DNA of 64,000 nt. Source: Candidatus Midichloriaceae bacterium (GTDB lineage: Bacteria > Pseudomonadota > Alphaproteobacteria > Rickettsiales > Midichloriaceae). This document shows, one piece after another, positions 1-10,700 of this stretch (positions are counted from its first letter, which is position 1; every line of letters begins with the position of its first letter). Both the position numbers and the translations under genes were made by a program. The stretch spans positions 1,406,969-1,470,968 of the forward strand of contig JBGASU010000001.1 in NCBI GenBank assembly GCA_044229535.1, given 5' to 3'. Under the pieces are notes generated by a model. It was not told the origin of the DNA. It ran no database searches and worked only from the letters and a program-made list of their open reading frames with translations.

Positions 1-616
1 TGTTTAAAACAGCGTAAGTATCCTGAATGTGATTTTTTACAGCAAAGCTTATAAATGCAAAAACTAAACATCCTATTAAAGCAGTTACAGCTATTACATC
101 ATGCCAGTCTGCTTGAGCTTCAATGTATCTAACGGATTTTCCAGATAATACAGCTCCAACAGTCCCTAATGCTAAAGTTGCACCCATTAATAATCCTCGG
201 CCACCTGGAGGGAAGTGGTCTGCAACAAATTTTAATGCACACATGAATGCAGATGCAGAACCAACGCCTATTATAAAGCGACTTAATTGTGCCACCCAGA
301 AATGCTTGGTTATACCGAATAATAAAGAACCAATGATGCAAATAGCGATTGAGTATAAAGACATTTTTTTCACCCCAATCCTATCAACTATTATTCCTAA
401 TGGAATTTGCAGTAGTGAATAACCTAATAGATAAAATGCTCCTAAGGTTGCAAATTGCTCAGCAGTTATACGGAAAGCTAGACGTATTTCATCAACCATT
501 ACGCCTGGAGAAACTCTTAGTATATATTGGTAGAAATAAAATAGGGCTATAGCAAACCAAGCAAGATACGCCCCGCGCATCATTTTGTTACGAAGAAGTT
601 TTTGTATGAAAAGCAT
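1..616 (-). CDS. MFS transporter, N-terminal part (gene continues beyond window start)
   Basis: Absent from the ORF track because it runs off the edge. Hand translation of the minus strand from ATG 616-614 (alternative ATG-ATG at 583-578) gives MLFIQKLLRNKMMRGAYLAWFAIALFYFYQYILRVSPGVMVDEI...LGYSLLQIPLGIIVDRIGVKKM...FIIGVGSASAF. This is multi-TM with the MFS motif-A-like G-x3-D-R-x-G-x-K. The listed 123..422(+) ORF is its antisense shadow. Confidence 0.8.
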   Translation of the reverse strand, partial: MLFIQKLLRNKMMRGAYLAWFAIALFYFYQYILRVSPGVMVDEIRLAFRITAEQFATLGAFYLLGYSLLQIPLGIIVDRIGVKKMSLYSIAICIIGSLLFGITKHFWVAQLSRFIIGVGSASAFMCALKFVADHFPPGGRGLLMGATLALGTVGAVLSGKSVRYIEAQADWHDVIAVTALIGCLVFAFISFAVKNHIQDTYAVLN

Positions 617-739
617 AGCTTTAATCAATGAATAACATGTGAACGATTAAGATACGCCCCATAAATTAACGTGTCAATTACATTTGCATTAGCATCAGAT
701 TTTGCTAGAATCATTGCGATATAGAGAGTGAGATACAAG

Positions 740-2452
740 ATGAATATTTTTTCCGCATTGCAGCAAAAACTACAGATAATTATTAAAGAGTGCTTTCCTG
801 ATGTTAATAATTTAAACGGAATTACCATAGAGATTCCTAAAGATTCTTCGCATGGCGATTTTGCGACAAATGCTGCCATGGTTTTGAAAAGTCAGTTACA
901 GCAAAACCCAAAGGATATTGCAGCTAAGATTATCGAGAAGATGCAAGATTTAGAAGGAGTAACGTCTGTAACACTAGCTGGGCCAGGTTTTATAAATTTC
1001 AATGTAGTTTCTATTTATTGGGTTGATTTAGTTAATTATATAAACTCTAACCCAAATGAGTTTGGCCGCTCAAATATAGGTCAAAATGGCAAGGTGAATG
1101 TGGAATTTGTTTCGGCTAATCCAACAGGGCCGCTTCATATTGGTCATGCTAGAGGGGCTGTTTATGGTGATGCATTATGCAAAGTTTTGAAAAACTGTGG
1201 GTATAATGTAACCAAAGAGTATTATATAAATGATGCTGGTTCTCAGATTGAAACATTAATAAAATCAGCCTTCGTGCGATACCAGCAATCTATGGGTGTC
1301 CCTTCTGAGATAGGAGAAGGAATGTACCCTGGGGAATATTTAATACCAGTTGGTGAAGAGTTGAAGCAGATCTATGCCGACAAACTTTTGGAGATGCCTT
1401 TAGAGCAATCATACAGTTCAATTAGGCAATTTGTTATTGATAGAATGATGGATCTTATTAAGTCAGATCTTTTGAAGTTAAATATTACTCATGATGTTTA
1501 TACTTCTGAAAAAAACGACTTGCAGGATAAGGGGTTGGTAGATTCAGGTATTAAGTTTTTAGAAGATAAAGGATTAATATACCAAGGAATTTTAGAAGCT
1601 CCAAAAGGTAAGACCCCAGAAGATTGGGAGCCAAAAGAAATGACTTTGTTTAGAGCGTCTGCTTTCGGTGATGACATGGATAGAGCTGTTAGACGCTCTA
1701 ATGGAATGCATACTTATATTGCTGGTGATATTGCTTATCATATTCATAAGTTTAAACGTGGATTTAATGATATGATTTTAGTCTTAGGTGCGGATCATTC
1801 AGGGTACATAAAGCGAATGAAGGCAATTGTGAATGCTATATCAGATGGTAAGGCGAAAATTGATATTGCGATCAACCAGTTAGTAAATTTATATAAAAAT
1901 GGCGAGCCGTTTAAAATGTCGAAAAGGGCTGGAAACTTTGTGACGGTAAATGATGTAGTAGACGAAGTTGGCAAAGACATTTTAAGATTTGTTATGCTAA
2001 CACGCAAATGTGATACAGTGATAGACTTCGATTTTGACAAAGTAAAAGAGCAGTCTAAAGACAATCCAGTGTTTTATGTGCAATATGCAAGTGCCAGAGC
2101 AAGTTCAATACTGAGAAATGCGGCTGAGCAAGGTATAAAAATCTCAAGCGTGTATGAAAATATCTTTACTAATCACGATATTGTTTTAATCAAAAAGCTT
2201 GCTGAATATCCGAAGATTGTTGAAGCTGCAGCAACTTATCACGAACCACATAGAATTGTGTATTACTTGCATGAATTGGCAAATGAGTTTCACTCGTTTT
2301 GGGCGAAGGGTGGGGAGGATAGCAATTTAAGGTTTATCATTGATAGTAATCCTTCCCTGACTTCGGCAAGAATAGCATTGGCAAATGCTGTAAAAATAAC
2401 TTTAAGGAATGGTCTGGATCTCATTGGTGTTACTGCATTAGAAAAAATGTAA
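740..2452 (+). CDS. argS: Arginine--tRNA ligase
   Basis: Class I synthetase motifs: ANPTGPLHIGHARG (HIGH) and FKMSKRAGN (KMSK). About 570 aa. The track ORF starts at GTG 728; ATG 740 (MNIFSAL) is the more likely start. Confidence 0.95.
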   Translation: MNIFSALQQKLQIIIKECFPDVNNLNGITIEIPKDSSHGDFATNAAMVLKSQLQQNPKDIAAKIIEKMQDLEGVTSVTLAGPGFINFNVVSIYWVDLVNYINSNPNEFGRSNIGQNGKVNVEFVSANPTGPLHIGHARGAVYGDALCKVLKNCGYNVTKEYYINDAGSQIETLIKSAFVRYQQSMGVPSEIGEGMYPGEYLIPVGEELKQIYADKLLEMPLEQSYSSIRQFVIDRMMDLIKSDLLKLNITHDVYTSEKNDLQDKGLVDSGIKFLEDKGLIYQGILEAPKGKTPEDWEPKEMTLFRASAFGDDMDRAVRRSNGMHTYIAGDIAYHIHKFKRGFNDMILVLGADHSGYIKRMKAIVNAISDGKAKIDIAINQLVNLYKNGEPFKMSKRAGNFVTVNDVVDEVGKDILRFVMLTRKCDTVIDFDFDKVKEQSKDNPVFYVQYASARASSILRNAAEQGIKISSVYENIFTNHDIVLIKKLAEYPKIVEAAATYHEPHRIVYYLHELANEFHSFWAKGGEDSNLRFIIDSNPSLTSARIALANAVKITLRNGLDLIGVTALEKM

Positions 2453-2513
2453 TAATCTCTTGATACTTAGAAAATTTTTACCTACTATCTGGTGAATTTG
2501 TTTTGAGGAAAAA

Positions 2514-3059
2514 ATGGATCATTCAAACCCAAATAAAATTTACGGTACTACCATTCTGTGCGTTAGAAAAGGCAAAGAAGTGGTAATAGCAGGGGATGGG
2601 CAAGTAAGCCTAGGTCACACTGTGCTAAAATCCACTGCTAATAAATTAAGAAGGCTTGCAAGCGGAGAAATAGTTGCTGGTTTTGCAGGGTCTACAGCAG
2701 ACGCATTCACTTTATTTGAAAGACTAGAAGCAAAGCTTGAAAAACATCCTAAGCAACTAGTGAGAGCTGCGGTTGAATTAGCCAAAGACTGGAGAACAGA
2801 TAAGTATCTGCGTCGTCTCGAAGCTATGATGATTGTTGCAAATAAAGATAGTACTCTAATTATTACGGGAATGGGTGATGTGATCGAGCCAGAAGATGGT
2901 GTAGCAGCGATCGGTTCGGGTGGTAATTACGCGTTAGCAGCAGCAAGAGCGTTAATTGATCAAAAACTAAGCGCTGAAGAAATAGTGAAGAAAGCTATGA
3001 AAATTGCTTCGGATATATGTGTTTATACAAATAATAATTTAAAAGTGGAGAGCTTATGA
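2514..3059 (+). CDS. hslV: ATP-dependent protease subunit HslV
   Basis: 181 aa. N-terminal [23 protein letters not shown] carries the catalytic Thr. [14 protein letters not shown] is typical of HslV. Confidence 0.93.
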   Translation: MDHSNPNKIYGTTILCVRKGKEVVIAGDGQVSLGHTVLKSTANKLRRLASGEIVAGFAGSTADAFTLFERLEAKLEKHPKQLVRAAVELAKDWRTDKYLRRLEAMMIVANKDSTLIITGMGDVIEPEDGVAAIGSGGNYALAAARALIDQKLSAEEIVKKAMKIASDICVYTNNNLKVESL

Positions 3060-3664
3060 GTGGCGATAGATATCTAAAAATTTTAGAAGATGTAGGTGCG
3101 GTTTTAACAGGCCATTTTGTATTATCAAATGGTATTCATAGTGAGAAGTATGTCCAGTGTTCTAGATTTACTAGATATCCAAATATAACGGCGGAATTAG
3201 TTGCTGGGTTAGTAGATAAATTGAAAAATACTTTGCCAAACATTGAATTTGATTTGATAGTTTCTCCAGCGATTGGCGGTATAGTTTTAGGTTATGAGCT
3301 TGGTAGGCAGCTTAATAAAATGGCCATTTATTCAGAGCGTGTTGACGGCAAAATGACTTTTCGTAGAACCTTTGAAATACCTAAAAATGCTAATCGTGTA
3401 TTGCTTGTTGAAGATGTGATTTCAAGTGGCAAAGCGTCAGTGGATACATATAATTGCATTAAAGAGCATGGTGGCGAAGTGGTAGCCCAAGTAGCACTTA
3501 TAAATAGGCATGATAGAGAGTATAACCCTCCATTCCCACTTGTGAATTTGGTGGATATAAGTGTGAGAACTTATGAAGAAAATCAGGTTCCAGAATGGTT
3601 AGCAAAGATCCCTATAGAACGACCTGGTAGTGGTTGGATGAGCAAAAGCAAAGTTGCTGTTTGA
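3056..3664 (+). CDS. pyrE: Orotate phosphoribosyltransferase-like type I PRTase
   Basis: 202 aa. PRPP-binding motif [15 protein letters not shown]-terminal [17 protein letters not shown] resembles the alphaproteobacterial PyrE type. ATGA overlap with the hslV stop. Confidence 0.7.
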   Translation: MSGDRYLKILEDVGAVLTGHFVLSNGIHSEKYVQCSRFTRYPNITAELVAGLVDKLKNTLPNIEFDLIVSPAIGGIVLGYELGRQLNKMAIYSERVDGKMTFRRTFEIPKNANRVLLVEDVISSGKASVDTYNCIKEHGGEVVAQVALINRHDREYNPPFPLVNLVDISVRTYEENQVPEWLAKIPIERPGSGWMSKSKVAV

Positions 3665-3673
3665 GATATTGCT

Positions 3674-4134
3674 CTAAAGTGATGTTAGGCTGGGGTTTTG
3701 TCTTGGAGAGTGCTCAGCATCATGATCCATTTTCCAACGAAGCGCCAATGCAGATATAGCAATGGTGCACACTACACCTATTCCTAAGAGCGTCTTAGCT
3801 TCAATCAACCCCATATGTGTATAGGCAAACCCAGTTGCAAGAGTGCTGCTAGCTAGAGTGATGAAATAACTGTGAGTATGATGTGGATTTTTTCTGACTT
3901 CTCTGTCTCCGTTTTACAGAATAGATCTCTTGTCTGTTTTGCAATCAAGGGAAGTACACTAAAGAAAGAGATAGCTCCTAATAATCCAGTTGTAGAATCA
4001 ATAGCGGCTCCAAAACTATGTGATTGTTGCAGTATCATTTGATATGCAAAAATTGGGGTGACGATTCCTGAAATAAAACTGCTAACGTGAATCGCTGCAT
4101 CATTCATAATTGAGCTTGGGTATTGTAAGACCAT
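3674..4134 (-). pseudogene. 4-TM membrane protein, fourth copy of a tandem paralog family, interrupted by a frameshift in an A6 run
   Basis: ATG at 4134 is preceded by AAGGAA. The frame of track ORF 3853..4209 stops at TAG 3855-3853, but another frame continues ...NPHHTHSYFITLASSTLATGFAYTHMGLIEAKTLLGIGVVCTIAISALALRWKMDHD... to TAG 3676-3674. That continuation aligns with the C-terminal halves of the upstream paralogs. The frames can be joined at the A6 run (T6 on the plus strand, 3888-3893). Confidence 0.65.
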
Positions 4135-4150
4135 AAAATATTCCTTTGTG

Positions 4151-5059
4151 TTATATTGGTTGCAATTCACTAGCAATGCCTGTTCCATCTGTACGCCTAG
4201 TTCTATCATGCATGAATTTTACTAATGAAATAAAAGAGGTGAATGTTGCTAACGCGCCGACTGAGATGCTTATTCTAATGTCTATTTCTTTTGTTGCGCC
4301 GTAAATAATACAATTTGAAAGAGTACTTAAGGATAATGCAGAACAAAAGCGATACCAGCCTGATTCAATTGACTTTTTGGCGAATTCTGGAGATTCTTCG
4401 CCCCAGCAACATTTGCAGAAACTTTGAGTTAATAGCGCTGGAACTCCCAAAATTGAAGATGGTAAAATTGCAGTGGTAAAAGTAAAATTAATCAGCCAAT
4501 TTTCTGAGGGAAATATATTCGTTGCCGCGCCAAAACAGAGAAATGGAGTTGTGATCCCAGAGGCAATACTAAGTACGTTTAGCAGAGTAGGATTAACAAA
4601 ATTTCGTGCTGGTGAATCATCAAAAACTATTTGTTGCGGATTGGAATCGCGACCTTTAAGCCAATGATAGCTTATAACCAAACTCATGGCTGAAACTAAG
4701 CTCAAAGCAAAAAGTGAAATACCAGTCGCAACACGATTATAATCCATTGAGGCATAAATTGTCCCACTTCCCATAATACCTGTCATTACACCAGTGCTGA
4801 ACATTATCCAAGAATATCTTAGATCTTCTTGAGGTTCGTTATTTGGTGAGAAAATTTTTTTAATTTGCCTGTAAAACAACAATGCACCAGTCGCACTGCT
4901 AATTCCCAAAATGGGATTGAAGGCGAGCATAACTGAAAGATTATTGGACTCAAAGAATCCTGCAGAAGTCCCAAAAATCAATCCAGTAATGCATGCGCCA
5001 GAAATTAAGCTTGTTCTTTGGGTGATTGAAGCATCAAAATCATTGATGTATTGTACCAT
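4151..5059 (-). CDS. Membrane protein made of two copies of the ~150-aa 4-TM module
   Basis: 302 aa. Halves 1-148 and 149-302 resemble each other and ORF 5065..5511, e.g. INFTF..., FCKCCWGEESPEFAKKSIESGWYRFCSALSLSTLSNCIIYGATKE versus FQKCKQKDTNGKQSIDVSKGWFSLAIATSTTAIASSIYYCATQ. GAGG lies 5 nt upstream of the ATG. Confidence 0.7.
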   Translation of the reverse strand: MVQYINDFDASITQRTSLISGACITGLIFGTSAGFFESNNLSVMLAFNPILGISSATGALLFYRQIKKIFSPNNEPQEDLRYSWIMFSTGVMTGIMGSGTIYASMDYNRVATGISLFALSLVSAMSLVISYHWLKGRDSNPQQIVFDDSPARNFVNPTLLNVLSIASGITTPFLCFGAATNIFPSENWLINFTFTTAILPSSILGVPALLTQSFCKCCWGEESPEFAKKSIESGWYRFCSALSLSTLSNCIIYGATKEIDIRISISVGALATFTSFISLVKFMHDRTRRTDGTGIASELQPI

Positions 5060-5064
5060 TTACC

Positions 5065-5511
5065 TCAAGCGAGTGAATTGGATAGCGGCTGTCTTATTCT
5101 ATCCATATACATTCTCATCGCGCAAGCAGTTATTACCATGCCACTCAAAGTTGAGGTTGCTATGGCAACTTCATTATTAATTACTTGTGTCGCGCAATAA
5201 TAAATTGAGCTTGCAATTGCAGTAGTCGATGTTGCAATTGCTAGACTAAACCAACCTTTACTTACATCAATAGATTGCTTCCCATTAGTATCTTTTTGTT
5301 TGCATTTTTGAAACGTTGCAGCCAATAGAGGAATCATAGTAGCTAAACCAAATGCGCTAAAGAAAGTGAAATTCATTATTTCACGAACATCTGGATTCAA
5401 GAGTGTCTTAAAAGCAAGCACTGTATACATTGTCCCCGATATTGCGCTTGCAGCGCATAGTGCAGCGGTCTTATATAATGGTGCATAAGAAAAAGTTGGG
5501 ATTTGTTTCAT
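5065..5511 (-). CDS. 4-TM membrane protein, single module of the tandem family
   Basis: 148 aa and hydrophobic. Its ATG lies 1 nt after the stop of the upstream histidine kinase (TAA-C-ATG), implying co-transcription. Confidence 0.7.
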   Translation of the reverse strand: MKQIPTFSYAPLYKTAALCAASAISGTMYTVLAFKTLLNPDVREIMNFTFFSAFGLATMIPLLAATFQKCKQKDTNGKQSIDVSKGWFSLAIATSTTAIASSIYYCATQVINNEVAIATSTLSGMVITACAMRMYMDRIRQPLSNSLA

Positions 5512-5512
5512 G

Positions 5513-7366
5513 TTACTCCTCTAAAGTTCTATAACTTGGGAAAGTAACCGTAAATGTTGTGCCTTTTTCAGGCGTGCTTTTTACAGTGATATTTCCTTCA
5601 TGGGCTAATGCACATTCTTTTGCATAGGCTAATCCAATTCCATAACCTATTGCTCGAGATGTTTCTTTATTTTTTAGTCTAGTGAATTTTTTAAATATCT
5701 TTTCCAGATCTTCTTTTGCAATACCTATTCCTGTATCGGCAACTTGTAAGACTATTTGATTTTTAGAATTTTTATTTGCTTCTATATCGATGGCGCCATC
5801 TTGCTTATTATATTTAGCAGCATTCGATGCTAAATTTTGTATTAGTTGGCCAATCATCATTTCGTCACCTAGTATTTTTAGGTTTTGTTCGACATTTATG
5901 CTGATTTTAATGTTTCTGTCTTTTGCATGATGACGAATCATACTGATATTCCATTCTATCAATTCTTTGACATCTAAATGTTTTTCTTCGATATGCTTTC
6001 TTGCTTCTTGAAATTTAAATAGGCGCAAAAAGAAGTTGAGCTGCTTATTTTGGTAAATTGATGTTTTATGAATAATATCTGCAAATTCTTTTAGCTCGTC
6101 GTCTTTGTATTTATCTACTTTTTTTACTAATAGTTGTGCAAAGCCAATTATACTAGAAATGGGGTTAATAAGTTCGTGGCTTAAGAATGACATGTTGCTT
6201 TTAATGAAGGCATTTGCTTGCTCAAGATCTTGATTCGCTTTACCAAGTTGGCTTTGTTTGATTCTGAGATTCTTAGTGGTGTTTGCAATATTCGCAAGTT
6301 GTAGTGATAAAGTATTTAGCTCATTTGCTTTATATGAAGGTACCCTTACATTCTTACCTTTTGATATATTATCTGCAGCTTGTCCTAGTTCTATAATAGG
6401 CTTTATTACTTGGTAACCTAAGAAAAGTAATATCGAAGTAAAAATCACCCCTAATGTGATATACATTATAACTTTTGGGAGTAATTCTTCTTTCAGCTCT
6501 TGATAATATAAGTGTTTATTCTGTCCTATAAACAGGCTGAATGGGTATTTGCTCGAATGCGTTATGTGCGTGTAGATATATTGTTGGGCATCTACAGGTT
6601 TGGATAGTTCATTAACGTCTATATCATGATCGTGTAAAAGTATCTCTTTAATCTGATCTGAAAACAGAAAATTATCTTGATTTAAAACGGGTTCTGACGA
6701 AGTTATAAAGTTTAATTCATCATCATAAATCACAAAGCTTATTTCGTCATTGCTGGCTTGTAAAAGTCGTGTAGTTAGCTTTTCAATGCTAATTCCTGCT
6801 GATAGATATCCTATAAATTTTTCGTTATTTTTATCGTTTATTCCAACAGCACTTGGCAAAATATAATCTCCGGAGGAGAGGCCTATATCAGGCTTGGAAA
6901 ATTGCATAGCCCATGGGTGTGTCCTAGATTTTTCAATCCAACTTCTTTTGGCGTAATTCAGTTTTATAGGCGTCACAAATCCGTTGATGCTATCTGCGAT
7001 TAATAAGCCGTCAGGTCGAGCAAAGTGTATGGCATGCCAAGCGAAGGAGTCATCTTTGAAATTGTCATGATGATGCCTTACGAGTTCAGCTATAGATTTA
7101 TCACTTAGATCCGTATTATTACTAATTTTTGTACCTAAAAACTGCAATAGATGCTCTATGAGCTTTAGTTTGTCATCGAAGTCATTTACGAGTTTTTGTC
7201 CTTCTTTTTCAATAAATATGCGCTTGTCTTCTCTATAGGAATGATAGGTTGAAAAGGATATCCATATTGTGATTATCAATATTAAAGATATCACAGCTAC
7301 GGTAAAATATAGATACTGTTGAGCTAGTGAGTGTTGTCGTGATCGCAATGATTCTAAAATCCACAT
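5513..7366 (-). CDS. Sensor histidine kinase (TM - extracytoplasmic sensor - TM - HAMP-like - HisKA - HATPase)
   Basis: 617 aa. H-box FLSHELINPISSIIGF, N-box NLASNAAKYN, G1 DTGIGI, G2 GYGIGLAYA. Two TM segments flank a ~270-aa extracytoplasmic domain. No adjacent response regulator. Confidence 0.9.
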   Translation of the reverse strand: MWILESLRSRQHSLAQQYLYFTVAVISLILIITIWISFSTYHSYREDKRIFIEKEGQKLVNDFDDKLKLIEHLLQFLGTKISNNTDLSDKSIAELVRHHHDNFKDDSFAWHAIHFARPDGLLIADSINGFVTPIKLNYAKRSWIEKSRTHPWAMQFSKPDIGLSSGDYILPSAVGINDKNNEKFIGYLSAGISIEKLTTRLLQASNDEISFVIYDDELNFITSSEPVLNQDNFLFSDQIKEILLHDHDIDVNELSKPVDAQQYIYTHITHSSKYPFSLFIGQNKHLYYQELKEELLPKVIMYITLGVIFTSILLFLGYQVIKPIIELGQAADNISKGKNVRVPSYKANELNTLSLQLANIANTTKNLRIKQSQLGKANQDLEQANAFIKSNMSFLSHELINPISSIIGFAQLLVKKVDKYKDDELKEFADIIHKTSIYQNKQLNFFLRLFKFQEARKHIEEKHLDVKELIEWNISMIRHHAKDRNIKISINVEQNLKILGDEMMIGQLIQNLASNAAKYNKQDGAIDIEANKNSKNQIVLQVADTGIGIAKEDLEKIFKKFTRLKNKETSRAIGYGIGLAYAKECALAHEGNITVKSTPEKGTTFTVTFPSYRTLEE

Positions 7367-7492
7367 AGGAAATTCTAATTGAATTAGATAATTGGTAACA
7401 AAATTTATTGAAGTTGCAAACTTATATTTTTTCTAAAATAGCAAAACTTTCTTGTAGCATTTTATAAAAACTGTGTTATAAGTCTTTATCAT

Positions 7493-7567
7493 TCCTCGGT
7501 AGCTCAGTGGTAGAGCAAGCGGCTGTTAACCGCTCGGTCGCTGGTTCGAGTCCGGCCCGAGGAGCCA
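7493..7567 (+). tRNA. tRNA-Asn (anticodon GTT), CCA encoded
   Basis: Hand-folded cloverleaf: acceptor TCCTCGG/CCGAGGA, D arm GCTC-AGTGGTA-GAGC, anticodon arm AGCGG-CTGTTAA-CCGCT, T arm GCTGG-TTCGAGT-CCGGC, discriminator G, then CCA. Confidence 0.93.
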
Positions 7568-7667
7568 TTTTTTAAATCCCCCCAATTTCATTTCGTTAAA
7601 CTAAATTATTTTTTTGCAGCAAGCTGTAATTTTTGTTTTATGAATTTCGTTCGAAATGTGTCGAAAT

Positions 7668-7683
7668 TTAACAAAACTTTAAC
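7668..7683 (+). promoter_or_regulatory. CtrA-box-like site TTAA-N7-TTAAC upstream of the 1182-aa ankyrin gene
   Basis: TTAACAAAACTTTAAC. It ends 22 nt upstream of the -10 hexamer at 7706-7711 and 58 nt upstream of ATG 7741. Confidence 0.5.
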
Positions 7684-7702
7684 AAATTCCGCACCTTAAT
7701 TG

Positions 7703-7711
7703 TGTTATAAT
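7703..7711 (+). promoter_or_regulatory. Extended -10 promoter element (TGtTATAAT)
   Basis: TGTTATAAT at 7703-7711, about 30 nt upstream of ATG 7741. RBS-like GAGGGGA at 7728-7734. Confidence 0.5.
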
Positions 7712-7740
7712 GTCCATTTGATACGACGAGGGGAATCTCA

Positions 7741-10700
7741 ATGAACTTGCAGGAATTTAGAGCATTAGACGAATTTCAAAGATTTGATTTTTTAAAAGAA
7801 CTGGCAGGCGATGAACTCAGAGCTTTTGCTAGGGAAGTGGGTGCTGAGCAAGGAGCATCTCCCATGTTAGCAAGGATTTCTGCTAGTCCAAATTCAAACG
7901 ATGCAACTATAAAAAATCAATTAAAGATAGAATTGAGAAAGCTAGGCCTTACTTTTCAAGAGAGGCAGGCTGATATGCAGTTTGATGTTGCTGAACAACC
8001 TCAAGAGCAATTTAGTTGGGAAAAAATTAAAAGAGCGCCGTTCATTGAGCGAAAGCCAACACCGATTGATGAAGCCACAAAAGATGCTTTCTTACAGCAA
8101 TTTTATCAAGGTGAAGTGGTTGATGTTGATACAATAAACCCACTAAGCAATATTCAGGCAGTAAGAGCGCAGGTCGAATTGGTTTGCCAAAAAATGGTTG
8201 GCTATGGCTTTAGAAATTTTAATGACTTGAAAGATAAGTTTGCGGATCTGGCATTTAATATTGAAAGTGCAGAACAGCGTCAAAGAGATTTTTCCAATGC
8301 CAAGCAGATTAAGCAAGTAATGGAGTCGATTTTATACTTTGTGGAAAATACTCCTGAAGTTTCAAGAAGAGAGCTTATTGCAAATTACAAAGATACTAGA
8401 TTTATATGTGGTGATGGGACGCTGCAAAACCTAATTGATATTTTTAGCGAAATGCAATTAGGTAAAGCTGACATAGCTGCCTATGTAGCGTGGGCGAAGA
8501 GGAAAGTAGTTATTGATACGTTCTTGCCAATGTATGAACAAAATTTCTTTCACGAAGCTGGTTTAATTTACCGTATAGGAAATGAAAGGCATTATGTTGA
8601 TTCATTAATTAACGCAGTTGCTGATGAATTTGGTCTGGTAGTTCGAACACAAGATGAGGACAGGTTTATTAAAGACGCATCTAGGTATAGGGAGTTTCTG
8701 CTGGGTGAATTGAACCGAGTTTTTGCACAGCCTGAAGTGCTTAAAAACATTTTTGGCTTGGTAGTCGCTAAAATTTCTTCAAACCTTGAAAATGGCATAG
8801 ATAAGATACTGCCTGTCCAAAACCAAGTGCAAGATTTTTTAGGTAAGCTGGGAGTAGGTGATAAGTATAATTATTTCCATTTGGTGAATTGTAAAGAGAA
8901 TGGACTTAAGGATGACTTCAAAAGGGTTGTAGAGTCAATAGTTGCAAATTACATGCATGAGCAGCGTGTTATCAAGGTATCTAACATAAAACATATTTGC
9001 CAATTATTGAAAATTGCTGGCTCTTATAATTCGCAGTATAGGCAAGTTATTACCAGAGAAAATTTCCCAGAAGACGCGGATAATAACAAGGGATTTGTTA
9101 ACTTTATTTTAATTCAAAATATAGAATTAGATGAAGCTCAATTTGGAACTAAAAGCCCAATATTATATTTTGCGAGAAAAAATAGGAATATTTTTGCAGA
9201 TTTTAATCTTCCCTTTGTATTCATGCAAAGGCTACTGCAAGAAGCATCTGCTGAAGAGTTAAAAGACATTAATATTCCAGCTGACATTTTAAGATCTTCT
9301 CTCTTCTATGTAAAAACTCCAGAGCAAATTGATGTCTTAATTGCTAAGGGTGCTAATATTCAAGAAATTTCTCTTAATGGCGGCAATGCTACACGGGATG
9401 CAGCATTAAGAGGAGAAAGAGCGATAGTAGATAAATTTGCTGAACAGGGAATAGCCCCAATGAATGTTTTTGAAGGCCATGAAGATGGCGTTGACCAAAG
9501 ACGGGAAGAGGCCTTAATAAATGGCATTGTTGCAAATCAAGAAATTCTGCGACACATCGAAGATGGTGTTCCTAATATTTGTAGAATTGTTAAGTGTGGC
9601 ATGGTAAATGCGCTGCGAAAAGCTTTGGAGTTCCCAGAAGGTAGAGACGCATTAAAACTGAAAGATAAAGATGATAACGTAGCATTGCACTATGCAGCGC
9701 GCCACACAAACCCAGAATTGTTTTTGGAGATAGTAAAAACTACTGAAGGGAGAAGAGCAATAGGAGCTTATAATAAAGATAATTTCACTCCTGTTGAAGA
9801 ATTAATAATTCAGGATAGAGTTGATTTAATTAATGAGGTTCTCAAAACGCCCGAAGGTACGTTGCTTATAAATGGTGGTAACGGTAATAAATCTTTTGTT
9901 GAGCTATCATATGAACATAAGAAATATAGTTATCTTAAAACTTTATTGAAATGCAATATCTCTTTAGATCCAATCCTGAAATACAAAAACAAAGGTATGG
10001 TTCAGGATGCTGTGGATCATGAGGATTTTGAAGTATTTGGAATGCTTATGGAGCGTGCAGAGCTGAGAAACAGGTTGTTTCAATTAGAGCAGGATTCTAT
10101 ACATAAGCTGGATCAGCAAGGTTTACTAAAGCCAATATTAGAAAAATATTGGTTAGAAATTTTGGAAGGTATAGATCCTGAAGATATGGCTTTTTTTGCA
10201 GAATTCGTTTTAAAGTTTGGTTTATTAAATCAAGACATAGATGAGAAACATTCTCATGTGCTCTCAAGATTTTTACTATCGTTACAGAATTTTTATTTTC
10301 CAATGACAGATGATCTTGATAAAGTTATTAGCTTGATTATGTCTAACAAAGAGGTGCAAAAATTAGTTGTTACGGTCGACCCTCTCAGACCTCATGAGAA
10401 TGTTTTTAAACGTTTAGTAGCAGCAGGCGCCACTCAAGCTGTAGAGGCAATTCTAAATGATGATTTTCTAAGAAGGAGTCTCTATTTAACAGATGCTCAG
10501 TGCAATACTTTCCTTCATAATGTAGAGTGTAGTGAGGGCGATCCAAGTGCTTTCAATGATTATTATTTAGAAAGTTCAGAACAACAAGACAGTTTTTTTG
10601 ATTGTTTACGAAGCATAGCAGATAACCCGCATTTAAAAGCAGCTTTGCCAAGTCTTCTTTCAACCAGAAATGGTATTGGGTTTACGCCTTTACAATCGGC

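Noticed and set aside
123-422. Track ORFs 123..422(+), 129..341(-) and 349..552(+)
   Set aside because: They lie inside or antisense to the edge-truncated MFS transporter gene on the minus strand. Their translations lack membrane-protein or any other recognisable character.
3853-5059. Reading the 59-nt overlap of ORFs 4151..5059 and 3853..4209 as a frameshift that splits one gene
   Set aside because: An internal ATG at 4134, preceded by AAGGAA and lying 16 nt after the upstream stop, gives a module-length protein whose N-terminus aligns with the other paralogs. The real frame disruption is further downstream, at the A6 run near 3888-3893.
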